Source of the DNA: Thiobacillus sp.
Lineage (GTDB): Bacteria > Pseudomonadota > Gammaproteobacteria > Burkholderiales > Thiobacillaceae
DNA length: 59,081 nucleotides
Assembly: GCA_046598305.1 (NCBI GenBank)
Contig: JBKJIS010000028.1
Span: 1 to 59,081, forward strand
Direction: 5' to 3'
The notes under the pieces are model-generated. The model worked only from the letters and a program-made list of their open reading frames with translations. It ran no database searches and had not been told where the DNA came from. The position numbers and the translations under genes were made by a program. Below, piece by piece: positions 1-8,128 of the stretch; the stretch's first letter is position 1, and every line of letters starts with the position of its first letter.

Positions 1-1
1 A

Positions 2-175
2 TTGCAAGCGATGAACCCGCAAGTCGCCTCGCGCATCGCCCGCAGCTTCGACCGCTGGCGGCAGTTTGATGCAGGCCGCCAGGCGCATGCGCGCGCAGCA
101 CTGGAGCGCATCGCCGCCGTCGAGGGCTTGGCGAAAGATGTGGCGGAAGTGGTGGGAAATGCGCTGAATGCTTGA
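2..175 (+). CDS. pepN: Aminopeptidase N, 3' end (partial)
   Basis: Frame from nt 2 reads LQAMNPQVASRIARSFDRWRQFDAGRQAHARAALERI...VGNALNA*; NPQVAxR...W is the typical PepN C-terminal motif. Confidence 0.8.
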   Translation: MQAMNPQVASRIARSFDRWRQFDAGRQAHARAALERIAAVEGLAKDVAEVVGNALNA

Positions 176-280
176 ATTAGGCTGTGTATTTGCACTACAT
201 AGAGCACCCCGGAGAGCCAGCTTTATGCCGTCGCAAATTGACTCCTGGGTTGCAAGCTTCGGGGTAACAATAATTCTTAA

Positions 281-318
281 ATTTCAGTCTTGACAGAAAT
301 TACAGAACATTCTATATT
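281..318 (+). promoter_or_regulatory. Sigma70 promoter overlapped by a palindromic operator
   Basis: TTGACA (290-295), 17-nt spacer, TATATT (313-318). Imperfect palindrome ATTTCAGTC-TT-GACAGAAAT at 281-300. Confidence 0.7.
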
Positions 319-324
319 AATCTA

Positions 325-858
325 ATGAAACTTAATCCAGTCGCTCAGCGCTTCATCCTTCATTGGGGTGAAATGGGGTCCAAGTGGGGGGTCAACCGTA
401 CGGTGTCCCAAATCCACGCCCTGCTCTATCTGTTTGGCAAACCCTTGCCGGCCGATGAAATCGCCGAAACGCTCGAAGTCGCCCGTTCCAATGTGAGCAC
501 GAGCCTGAAAGAACTCCAGAATTGGAACCTCATTCACGTTGTTCACATGATGGGGGACCGCCGTGATCACTTCGCAACGTCTGGTGATGTGTGGGAACTG
601 TTCAGAACCGTGGTGCGCGAGCGCAAGGAACGTGAGTTCGACCCGACCATCGGCGTGTTACAGGACTGCCTTGCCAGCACCGAGTTATCCAAAGAAGACG
701 CGGTAGCCCAGCAACGCATCAAGGAAACATTGGCCTTAATGGAATCCCTTTCGACCTGGGGCGAGCAAATGCTCAAACTAGAGCCGGCTACGTTAATGAA
801 AGTCATGAAATTGGGTGCAAAGATCCAGAGTCTTCTGCTCTCCCAAAAAGGGGGGTGA
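325..858 (+). CDS. GbsR/MarR-family transcriptional regulator
   Basis: FILHWGEMGSKWGVNRTVSQIHALLY...EIAETLEVARSNVSTSLKEL is the wHTH signature of this family. Confidence 0.85.
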   Translation: MKLNPVAQRFILHWGEMGSKWGVNRTVSQIHALLYLFGKPLPADEIAETLEVARSNVSTSLKELQNWNLIHVVHMMGDRRDHFATSGDVWELFRTVVRERKEREFDPTIGVLQDCLASTELSKEDAVAQQRIKETLALMESLSTWGEQMLKLEPATLMKVMKLGAKIQSLLLSQKGG

Positions 859-874
859 GTTTTTTTACCCCATT

Positions 875-903
875 ATTTCTGTCTTTACTGAAATTACTGA
901 ACA
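875..903 (+). promoter_or_regulatory. Second copy of the putative GbsR-family operator
   Basis: ATTTCTGTCTTTACTGAAATTACTGAACA matches 281-309 at 25/29 nt and lies just upstream of the AAGGA RBS and ATG at 915. Confidence 0.7.
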
Positions 904-914
904 AAGGAAAATAC

Positions 915-1376
915 ATGGAAACCCGATTCCCACTCACGATCTATTTCGATGCCTCATGCGCCTTGTGCAACAGCGAGATGCAGAACATCAAACTGCATGA
1001 CACAAGCAACCATCTGTTACTGATTGACTGTTCCTCGCCTGAGTTTGACGACACGCGATTTCAACATGAAGGCATTAACCAAGGCCAAATGATGAACTGT
1101 CTGCATGCACAAGATGCCGATGGACGATGGATTAAAGGCGTGGCCGCCTTTGAAGTGATTTATCGAGCAGTCGGCATGGCTTCGATCGCGAAACTGTGGG
1201 GTCACCCACTCACCCGCCCGCTCGCAGAGCGCGCCTACCCATGGGTTGTAAAGCACCGGCATTTTCTATCCGCACTGGGCCTTCATAAGTTATTCAACCT
1301 GTGGAGCAAGCGGGCAGCACGCCGGGCCAACCAACGCAGCCGCGCCTGTGCCAATGGCCGTTGCACGATCAATTAA
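915..1376 (+). CDS. DCC1-like (DUF393) thiol-disulfide oxidoreductase family protein
   Basis: N-terminal DxxCxxC (FDASCALC); RBS AAGGA precedes ATG 915. Confidence 0.8.
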   Translation: METRFPLTIYFDASCALCNSEMQNIKLHDTSNHLLLIDCSSPEFDDTRFQHEGINQGQMMNCLHAQDADGRWIKGVAAFEVIYRAVGMASIAKLWGHPLTRPLAERAYPWVVKHRHFLSALGLHKLFNLWSKRAARRANQRSRACANGRCTIN

Positions 1377-1392
1377 CTATTAGGAGATAACC

Positions 1393-1728
1393 ATGAAACT
1401 CACATTATTCTTCGCCACGCTGGGCCTCTGCATTACCGTCGTCAGCATCGCCATGCTCTATCTTCGCCACACCACCCGGCAGGTCATTAGCGAATTGTGC
1501 CAATCCAATGCGGGTGCCGAATTCTGGCTTCGCAGCGCAGACATTCTCGCTTACAGCGGATCGCTCATGCTCGTGCTGATCTTTGGCAACGCCACCACAA
1601 CTCAGGATTGGGTAGAAGTGGTGAGGATTACGCTTATCCTCACCCTGGGCGGCCTGTTCGTGACCGTCATGTTTGTGGCACGCAATGTCTGGAAAACGGT
1701 TGCCCCGCAAACAAGGAGGCCGGTATGA
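1393..1728 (+). CDS. Small integral membrane hypothetical protein
   Basis: RBS AGGAG, three hydrophobic segments, stop overlaps the next ATG. Confidence 0.7.
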   Translation: MKLTLFFATLGLCITVVSIAMLYLRHTTRQVISELCQSNAGAEFWLRSADILAYSGSLMLVLIFGNATTTQDWVEVVRITLILTLGGLFVTVMFVARNVWKTVAPQTRRPV

Positions 1729-2606
1729 ACATCCTTATTTGCGGAGCAACCGGATTCGTTGGGCGGCATTTAACACAAGCCCTGTTCCAAGCGGGTCATA
1801 CGATATTCAGGGGTGGTCGCAACCCAAGCCAGACACATGACATTGCGATGGATTTTCAAACCGATACGCAAAAAAGCATCTGGCTCCCCAGGCTGGATGG
1901 CATCTCGGTTGTGATCAATGCAGTGGGCGTGTTGCGCGACCACCCACATCACCCCATGAGCCAACTGCATACCGATACACCCAAGGCACTTTTCTCGGCC
2001 TGCGCCGAGTCTGGTGTCGAGCGCATCATCCAGCTTTCAGCACTTGGGGTAGACCGTGGCATCAACACGCCCTATTTCAATACGCGATTAGCCGCTGAAG
2101 CCCACCTCGACACTTTGCCTGACTCGATCCGACGCATGGTTTTTCGCCCCTCCCTGATTTATGGGCATGACGGGGCAAGTGCGCGGATGTTCAAATTTCT
2201 GTCACGCATGCCAATCCATGTTTCCCCATATGGCGGACAGCAACGCCTGCAACCTGTCCACATCAACGATATATGCGACGCAGCGGTGCGCTGGCTAGGC
2301 GATTCCAATGCAGAAAGCCTGACTGTCTCTGCCGTTGGTTCTGAAGCAACAACTTTGCGAGGGATGCTCGACAGCTATCGAGAACAATATAAACACGCCC
2401 CCGCGATGCATATCAGTGTGCCGGCTGGGTTGATGCGATTGGCTGCGCGCATCGGCGATGCCATCCCATCAAGCCCTCTATGCAGCGACACGTTATCCAT
2501 GCTTGCAGCAGGCAACACCGCTGATAGCACGGGATTCGCAGCTTTACTCGGTAGCCCCCCCCTGAGCTTCCGGCAATTCATTTCACAAACGCATTCAAAT
2601 GGATAA
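1725..2606 (+). CDS. NAD(P)-dependent epimerase/dehydratase (atypical SDR)
   Basis: MNILICGATGFVGRH Rossmann motif; RBS AGGAGG; ATGA overlap with the upstream stop. Confidence 0.85.
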   Translation: MNILICGATGFVGRHLTQALFQAGHTIFRGGRNPSQTHDIAMDFQTDTQKSIWLPRLDGISVVINAVGVLRDHPHHPMSQLHTDTPKALFSACAESGVERIIQLSALGVDRGINTPYFNTRLAAEAHLDTLPDSIRRMVFRPSLIYGHDGASARMFKFLSRMPIHVSPYGGQQRLQPVHINDICDAAVRWLGDSNAESLTVSAVGSEATTLRGMLDSYREQYKHAPAMHISVPAGLMRLAARIGDAIPSSPLCSDTLSMLAAGNTADSTGFAALLGSPPLSFRQFISQTHSNG

Positions 2607-2973
2607 CGCAGACAACCGGGCGGCGCGTCTGGCTCTTGCCGCGGTCTGGCTGGCCACAGGTATTTTGTCACTTGGCATTTATCCGCAAGCAGACAGTTTG
2701 ATGCTTCTCGCGCACGTCGGGCTGTATGGTTACACAGCACTCATCGCCCTGTATCTGGCAGCCTCGATGGATATTGCCCTGGGGTTATTAACGCTGTTCG
2801 CTCCCCGCAAAACCCTATGGCAGTTTCAGGCCGCGCTCATCATCGTTTACACCTTGGTCATTTCTATTTTCTTACCCGAGTTCTGGCTACACCCTTTTGG
2901 CCCCATTCTGAAAAACCTGCCCATCCTCATTTTGCTTGGACTGCTTCATAAATATGAGCGAACACCATCATGA
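2599..2973 (+). CDS. DoxX-like family membrane protein
   Basis: Hydrophobic; LPEFWLHPFGPILKNLP motif. Confidence 0.8.
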   Translation: MDNADNRAARLALAAVWLATGILSLGIYPQADSLMLLAHVGLYGYTALIALYLAASMDIALGLLTLFAPRKTLWQFQAALIIVYTLVISIFLPEFWLHPFGPILKNLPILILLGLLHKYERTPS

Positions 2974-3437
2974 CAACCTACTTGCTGCTGAAATGGGTCC
3001 ATATCCTGTCCAGCGTCCTGCTGGTTGGAACGGGCTTTGGCAGCGCCTTCTATTTGTTCCTTATTCACCGTACACAGAACATTCAGGCGATTGCTGCCGT
3101 CTCACGGCTAGTCGTCAAGGCGGACTACTGGTTCACCGCGCCCGCCGTCATCATTCAACCCTTGACAGGATTTCTCATGGTCTCGATGGCTGGCTATCCG
3201 CTAACGCAGGGCTGGCTGCTGTGGACACTCGTGCTCTATGGTCTGGCAGGCGCATGTTGGCTCCCGGTTGTCTGGCTGCAAATCAAAATGGCGAAGATGG
3301 CCGCAGCGACCCAGGTAACTAGCGCGACACTACCGCCGCTCTACTGGCAATACGCTCGATACTGGGAATGGCTTGGATATCCAGCCTTTATTGCCATGCT
3401 GGGCATTTACGCACTGATGGTATTCAAGCCAATTTAA
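2970..3437 (+). CDS. DUF2269 family integral membrane protein
   Basis: LKWVHILSS..GTGFGSAFY, ADYWFT, WEWLGYPAF, LMVFKP motifs. Confidence 0.8.
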   Translation: MTTYLLLKWVHILSSVLLVGTGFGSAFYLFLIHRTQNIQAIAAVSRLVVKADYWFTAPAVIIQPLTGFLMVSMAGYPLTQGWLLWTLVLYGLAGACWLPVVWLQIKMAKMAAATQVTSATLPPLYWQYARYWEWLGYPAFIAMLGIYALMVFKPI

Positions 3438-3441
3438 AAAA

Positions 3442-5253
3442 TCAGCCCTCCGCCACCACCGCCAAAACCCCCTCGCCATACGCTTCCAGCTTTTTCACCC
3501 CCAACCCGGATATCTCGCCCAATTCAGCCAGCGTCGCGGGTTTGCGCGCGGCGATTTCGCGTAGCGTCGCGTCGTGAAGAATGACGTAGGCGGGGACGCC
3601 TTTTTCGTTGGCGGTTGCGCGGCGCCAGGCGCGCAGGGTAAGGAACAAGGGATCTTCGTCGTCGTGCACGCCTGCGCCTGAACTGGGGGCCAAGCGCGCC
3701 TTGCTGCGCTGGGCTTTATTAGGCTTGGCGCGCACTTCGATCGCACGCAACATGACGGTTTCTTCGCCTTTCAACACGGGGCGCGCGGCGGCGGTGAGCT
3801 TCAACGCGCCGTAGGCAGTATGGTCGACTTCAAGCAGGCCGCGCATCACCAGTTGCCGCAAAACGGTACGCCAGACTTTGTCGGTTTGGCTGGCGCCGAT
3901 GCCGAACACGCTCAAAGCGGCGTGGCCGAATTTCTCGACCTTTTCGGTCGTCTTGCCGAGCAGCACGTCGAGAACGTGACCGGCACCGAAGCGCTGGCCG
4001 GTGCGGTAGACGGCGGAGAGCAGCTTTTGCGCGGCTTCGGTGCCGTCCCACAGGGTCGGCGGGTTAATGCAGACATCGCAGTTGCCACAGGCTTGTGAGG
4101 CTTCGCCGAAATAGCTCAACAGTGCAACGCGGCGGCAGCTTGCCGCCTCGCATAGGCCGACCAGTGCGTCGAGTTTGGCATGACCGCTGCGCTTGTGCGC
4201 GTCTTCGGCGTCGCCCTCGTCGATGAAGCGGCGCTGAGTGACGACGTCCTGCAGGCCCCACGCCATCCAGGCTTCGGCGGGCTCGCCGTCGCGGCCGGCG
4301 CGGCCGGTTTCCTGGTAGTAGCCTTCGATCGATTTCGGCAGGTCGAGATGCGCAACGAAGCGCACGTCGGGCTTGTCGATACCCATGCCGAACGCGAGGG
4401 TGGCGACCATCACCACGCCGTCGTCGCGCAGGAACTTTTCCTGATGGCGGCGGCGCGTGTCGTTGTCCATGCCGCCGTGGTAGGCCAGCGCGATGAAGCC
4501 GGACTGTTTGAGTCCGTCGGCGGTCTCCTCGACTTTTTTGCGCGTGCTGCAATAGACGATGCCCGCCTCGCCTTTGTGCTCGCCCAGAAAATCCAGCAAC
4601 TGGCGACGCGGCTCGGCCTTTTCGCTGATGCGGTAGCGGATGTTGGGACGGTCGAAGCTGGCAACGAACACGCGCGCGCTGTGCAAATCAAGCCTGACGA
4701 GGATTTCGGCGCGCGTCGCGGTGTCTGCCGTGGCGGTGAGCGCGATGCGCGGCACGGCGGGAAAGCGCTCGTGCAGCGCCGACAGGCCCAGATACTCCGG
4801 GCGGAAATCATGCCCCCATTGCGACACGCAATGCGCTTCGTCGATGGCAAACAGGGCAATACGGGATTGTTCGAGCAGGCCCTGAAAACGCGGCGTGAGC
4901 AGACGTTCCGGCGCGACGTACAGCAGCTTCAAATTCCCGGCTACAAACCCGCGCTCGATGCGCAGGGCCGTTGCACCATCCAGGCTGGAATTCAAAAACT
5001 CGGCGGCGATGCCCAGTTCTTTCAAGGCCGCGACCTGATCCTGCATCAGCGCGATCAGCGGCGAGACCACCACCGCGCAGCCATCGCGCAGCAGCGCCGG
5101 AATCTGAAAGCACAGCGACTTGCCGCCGCCGGTGGGCATCAGAACCAGCGCGTCACCGCCCGCAACCAGGGTGTCGACGATGGCGGCCTGCTCGCCGCGA
5201 AACGCAGGGTAGCCAAAGACGCGGTTTAGCAGGCTTAAAGGGGTGTCGGACAT
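3442..5253 (-). CDS. recQ: ATP-dependent DNA helicase RecQ
   Basis: MPTGGGKS, DEAHCVSQWGHDFRPEY, YYQETGRAGRDG, Zn-binding CGNCD, C-terminal HRDC. Confidence 0.95.
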   Translation of the reverse strand: MSDTPLSLLNRVFGYPAFRGEQAAIVDTLVAGGDALVLMPTGGGKSLCFQIPALLRDGCAVVVSPLIALMQDQVAALKELGIAAEFLNSSLDGATALRIERGFVAGNLKLLYVAPERLLTPRFQGLLEQSRIALFAIDEAHCVSQWGHDFRPEYLGLSALHERFPAVPRIALTATADTATRAEILVRLDLHSARVFVASFDRPNIRYRISEKAEPRRQLLDFLGEHKGEAGIVYCSTRKKVEETADGLKQSGFIALAYHGGMDNDTRRRHQEKFLRDDGVVMVATLAFGMGIDKPDVRFVAHLDLPKSIEGYYQETGRAGRDGEPAEAWMAWGLQDVVTQRRFIDEGDAEDAHKRSGHAKLDALVGLCEAASCRRVALLSYFGEASQACGNCDVCINPPTLWDGTEAAQKLLSAVYRTGQRFGAGHVLDVLLGKTTEKVEKFGHAALSVFGIGASQTDKVWRTVLRQLVMRGLLEVDHTAYGALKLTAAARPVLKGEETVMLRAIEVRAKPNKAQRSKARLAPSSGAGVHDDEDPLFLTLRAWRRATANEKGVPAYVILHDATLREIAARKPATLAELGEISGLGVKKLEAYGEGVLAVVAEG

Positions 5254-5271
5254 AAAAAAACGGCTGGCGGG

Positions 5272-5303
5272 CAATGTGTCACATTGGCTATAATTGTGTC
5301 ACG
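5272..5303 (+). promoter_or_regulatory. Putative TA operator palindrome and -10 box
   Basis: Perfect palindrome CAATGTG-T-CACATTG (5272-5286), TATAAT (5289-5294), second TGTGTCAC site from 5295. Confidence 0.6.
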
Positions 5304-5325
5304 TTTTGCCGCCAGGAGGCGCCCC

Positions 5326-5571
5326 ATGAAAACCCTGACCATACGCGAGGCCCGCGAAGGCCTGTCGCACCCTGACCAGATGTTCGCCGACGCCGACGAA
5401 GTGTTGGTGGTGTGCCGGGGCGAGCCGGTGGCGCGGATTCTGCCGGTGAGGCCCTCGGTAGCGGCACGCAAGAAAGCCTTTCGCTCGCTGGCGGCCTTTC
5501 GCGCCAGCCAGCCGTTTCAGGACATCCCCAGCGAAGTCTTGATCAGCGAAGACCGCGAAGACCGTTTCTGA
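5326..5571 (+). CDS. Phd/YefM-like antitoxin
   Basis: MKTLTIREAR...EVLVVCRGEPVARILP pattern; RBS AGGAGG; stop overlaps the toxin start. Confidence 0.75.
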   Translation: MKTLTIREAREGLSHPDQMFADADEVLVVCRGEPVARILPVRPSVAARKKAFRSLAAFRASQPFQDIPSEVLISEDREDRF

Positions 5572-6014
5572 TGATTTATGTCGATACCAGCGCGCTGGTG
5601 AAACGCTATCTCAGTGAAACGGGCAGCGACACATTCGACGCCTTCTTTCTGGCGCATGCCCCGCTCACGGTCAGCCGCCTCACCATCGTGGAGATGCGTT
5701 GCGCGCTGGCGCGCCGCCGCCGCAATGGACAGGTGTCGCCCGAACTCGAAACCCAGGTTCTCGATGCCTTTCGTCTCGACGTGCAAGACGGCGCGCTGGC
5801 GGTATCGTCCTTTCTCGAAGACGACCTGACGCTGGCTTACCACCTGATGGACGAAGTGTCCGACCTGCCGCTGCGCACGCTCGACGCCCTGCATCTCGCC
5901 GTCGCCCGCCGTCACGCCATTCCAGCCTTTTCGACCGCAGATAAGAAACAAGCCGACGCCGCACAAAAACTCGGCTTTACCCTCCACCGTTTCGACCCAC
6001 TCCAGTCATCATGA
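5571..6014 (+). CDS. vapC: VapC-family PIN-domain toxin
   Basis: [16 protein letters not shown] and [10 protein letters not shown], with the conserved PIN acidic residues. Confidence 0.85.
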   Translation: MIYVDTSALVKRYLSETGSDTFDAFFLAHAPLTVSRLTIVEMRCALARRRRNGQVSPELETQVLDAFRLDVQDGALAVSSFLEDDLTLAYHLMDEVSDLPLRTLDALHLAVARRHAIPAFSTADKKQADAAQKLGFTLHRFDPLQSS

Positions 6015-7516
6015 ACAACGAAATCACCGCCCCCGCCCTCGACGAAAACCAGATCATCGCCGAGCGTCGCGCCAAGCTCGCCGCCATTCGGCAACAAGGC
6101 ATCGCCTTCCCCAACGACTTTGATCGCCGCGACTACGCCGACAAACTGGCAACGGCCCACGACGACAAAACCAGGGAAGCTCTGGAGACCGAAGCCGTTG
6201 AGGTGCAGTTGGCCGGCCGCATGATGCTGAAACGCGTAATGGGCAAGGCCAGCTTCGCCACGCTGCAGGACATGAGCGGGCGCATCCAGGTGTATATCTC
6301 CAACGACCACGTCGGCACCGAGTCGCACGATGCATTCAAGCACTGGGATCTGGGCGATTTCATCGGCGTCACCGGCATCCTGTTCAAGACCAACAAGGGC
6401 GAACTGACCATCCAGGCGAAATCGATCCGCCTGCTGTCGAAAGCGCTGCGTCCCCTGCCGGAAAAATTCCACGGTCTGGCCGATCAGGAACAGAAATACC
6501 GCCAGCGATATCTCGACCTCATCACCAACGACAGCACGCGCGAAACCTTCATGCGCCGTTCGAAAATCATCCAGGCAATTCGCGGCTTCATGGTCGACCG
6601 CGATTTTCTTGAAGTCGAAACGCCGATGATGCATCCCATCCCCGGCGGCGCCGCAGCCAAGCCGTTTGCCACACATCACAACGCGCTCGACATGGGCTTG
6701 TTTTTGCGGATTGCGCCCGAGCTGTATCTCAAGCGTCTGGTAGTGGGTGGCTTCGAGAAGGTGTTCGAAATCAACCGCAATTTCCGCAACGAGGGCCTCT
6801 CGACACGTCACAACCCCGAGTTCACCATGATGGAGTTCTACGAGGCCTATCGTGAATACCGTTATTTGATGGACCTCACCGAGTCGCTGATACGCGCCGC
6901 CGCGATGGCCGCTACGGGCGCCACCACGGTGCCCTATCAGGGCCACACCATCGACCTCGACAAACCCTTCGCCCGCCTCACCATCGTCGATGCGATTCGT
7001 CATTACCACCCGCACTACTTGGTCGAACAGTTGAACGACCGCGACTGGCTGATCGCGCAGTTCACCGCGATGAAAGCCAAGTTCAGGCCGCAGGACGGCC
7101 TCGGCGGCCTGCAACTCTCGTTCTTCGAAGAAACCACCGAAGCGCTGCTGATTCAACCCACCTTCATCATCGACTACCCGGCTGAAGTCTCGCCGCTGGC
7201 GCGACGCTCAGACACCCAGCCCGAGATCACCGAGCGCTTCGAGCTGTTCATCACCGGACGTGAAATGGCCAATGGCTTTTCCGAGTTGAACGACGCCGAA
7301 GACCAGTCCGAGCGCTTCATGGACCAAGTCAGACAAAAAGAAGCCGGCGATGAAGAAGCGATGCACTACGACGCTGACTATGTCCGCGCGCTGGAACACG
7401 GCCTTCCGCCCACCGGCGGCTGCGGCATCGGCATTGACCGCCTGGTGATGCTGCTGACCGATTCGCCGAGCATCCGCGACGTGATCCTGTTCCCGCAGAT
7501 GAGGCGGGAAAGTTAA
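6011..7516 (+). CDS. lysS: Lysine--tRNA ligase (class II)
   Basis: [37 protein letters not shown]. Confidence 0.97.
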   Translation: MNNEITAPALDENQIIAERRAKLAAIRQQGIAFPNDFDRRDYADKLATAHDDKTREALETEAVEVQLAGRMMLKRVMGKASFATLQDMSGRIQVYISNDHVGTESHDAFKHWDLGDFIGVTGILFKTNKGELTIQAKSIRLLSKALRPLPEKFHGLADQEQKYRQRYLDLITNDSTRETFMRRSKIIQAIRGFMVDRDFLEVETPMMHPIPGGAAAKPFATHHNALDMGLFLRIAPELYLKRLVVGGFEKVFEINRNFRNEGLSTRHNPEFTMMEFYEAYREYRYLMDLTESLIRAAAMAATGATTVPYQGHTIDLDKPFARLTIVDAIRHYHPHYLVEQLNDRDWLIAQFTAMKAKFRPQDGLGGLQLSFFEETTEALLIQPTFIIDYPAEVSPLARRSDTQPEITERFELFITGREMANGFSELNDAEDQSERFMDQVRQKEAGDEEAMHYDADYVRALEHGLPPTGGCGIGIDRLVMLLTDSPSIRDVILFPQMRRES

Positions 7517-7557
7517 ATGAGCCCGCAGATGCGTCGCGAAAGCTGAACGCCCACATA

Positions 7558-7905
7558 GTGCACTATGCCTTGAAAATCGGCCTGTCGGCGCTGATCCTTG
7601 TCGCCATTGCCGAGATCGCCAAACGCAGCTCGTTCTGGGCAGCCGCGCTGGCTTCGCTGCCCCTCACCTCGCTGCTGGCCTTTGTCTGGTTGTATGTCGA
7701 CACCGGCGATACGCAAAAAATCGCCGCGCTCTCCAGCGGCATTTTCTGGCTGGTTATTCCCTCCTTGCTGTTGTTCGTGCTGCTGCCGATTCTGCTGCGC
7801 AGCGGACTGGGATTCTGGTTCAGTCTGCTCACCGCCAGCGCCGCCACCGCGCTGGCCTATCTGGGCATGATCAAGCTGATGGCCCTGTTCGACATCAAGT
7901 TTTAA
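7558..7905 (+). CDS. Small membrane protein (DUF3147-like)
   Basis: EIAKRS...LASLPLTSLLAFVWLY pattern, several TM segments; GTG start. Confidence 0.65.
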   Translation: MHYALKIGLSALILVAIAEIAKRSSFWAAALASLPLTSLLAFVWLYVDTGDTQKIAALSSGIFWLVIPSLLLFVLLPILLRSGLGFWFSLLTASAATALAYLGMIKLMALFDIKF

Positions 7906-8050
7906 GGGCACCTCTAAAAATCCAGATTTCATCCCAACTGCGGCGTTGCGGGAAAAATTTCTTGCTTACATATCAAACATATGCGGCGCTGCGAAATTTT
8001 TCCCGCGCCTTGCATTTGGGCGAACTCTGAATTTTTAGAGGTGCCCTTAA
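7902..8050. mobile_element. MITE-like hairpin element, family A
   Basis: Terminal inverted repeats GGGCACCTCTAAAAATYCAGA (20/21 match) flanked by TTAA on both sides; internal 14-bp perfect stem (7948-7961 with 7993-8006); no ORF. Confidence 0.8.
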
Positions 8051-8128
8051 CCCACGCAGTGCCCTTAAGCCGGACGCGCTTCCGGTAAGATTAGGCCTGC
8101 AAACCATTTAACTCTTAGCCAAAACGCC

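Noticed and set aside
855-914. Upstream start for the DCC1-like gene
   Set aside because: The extension runs through the operator copy; the RBS supports ATG 915.
8059-8068. Extra GTGCCCTTAA just right of MITE A as a second element
   Set aside because: Only 10 nt with no partner end; likely a local duplication scar.
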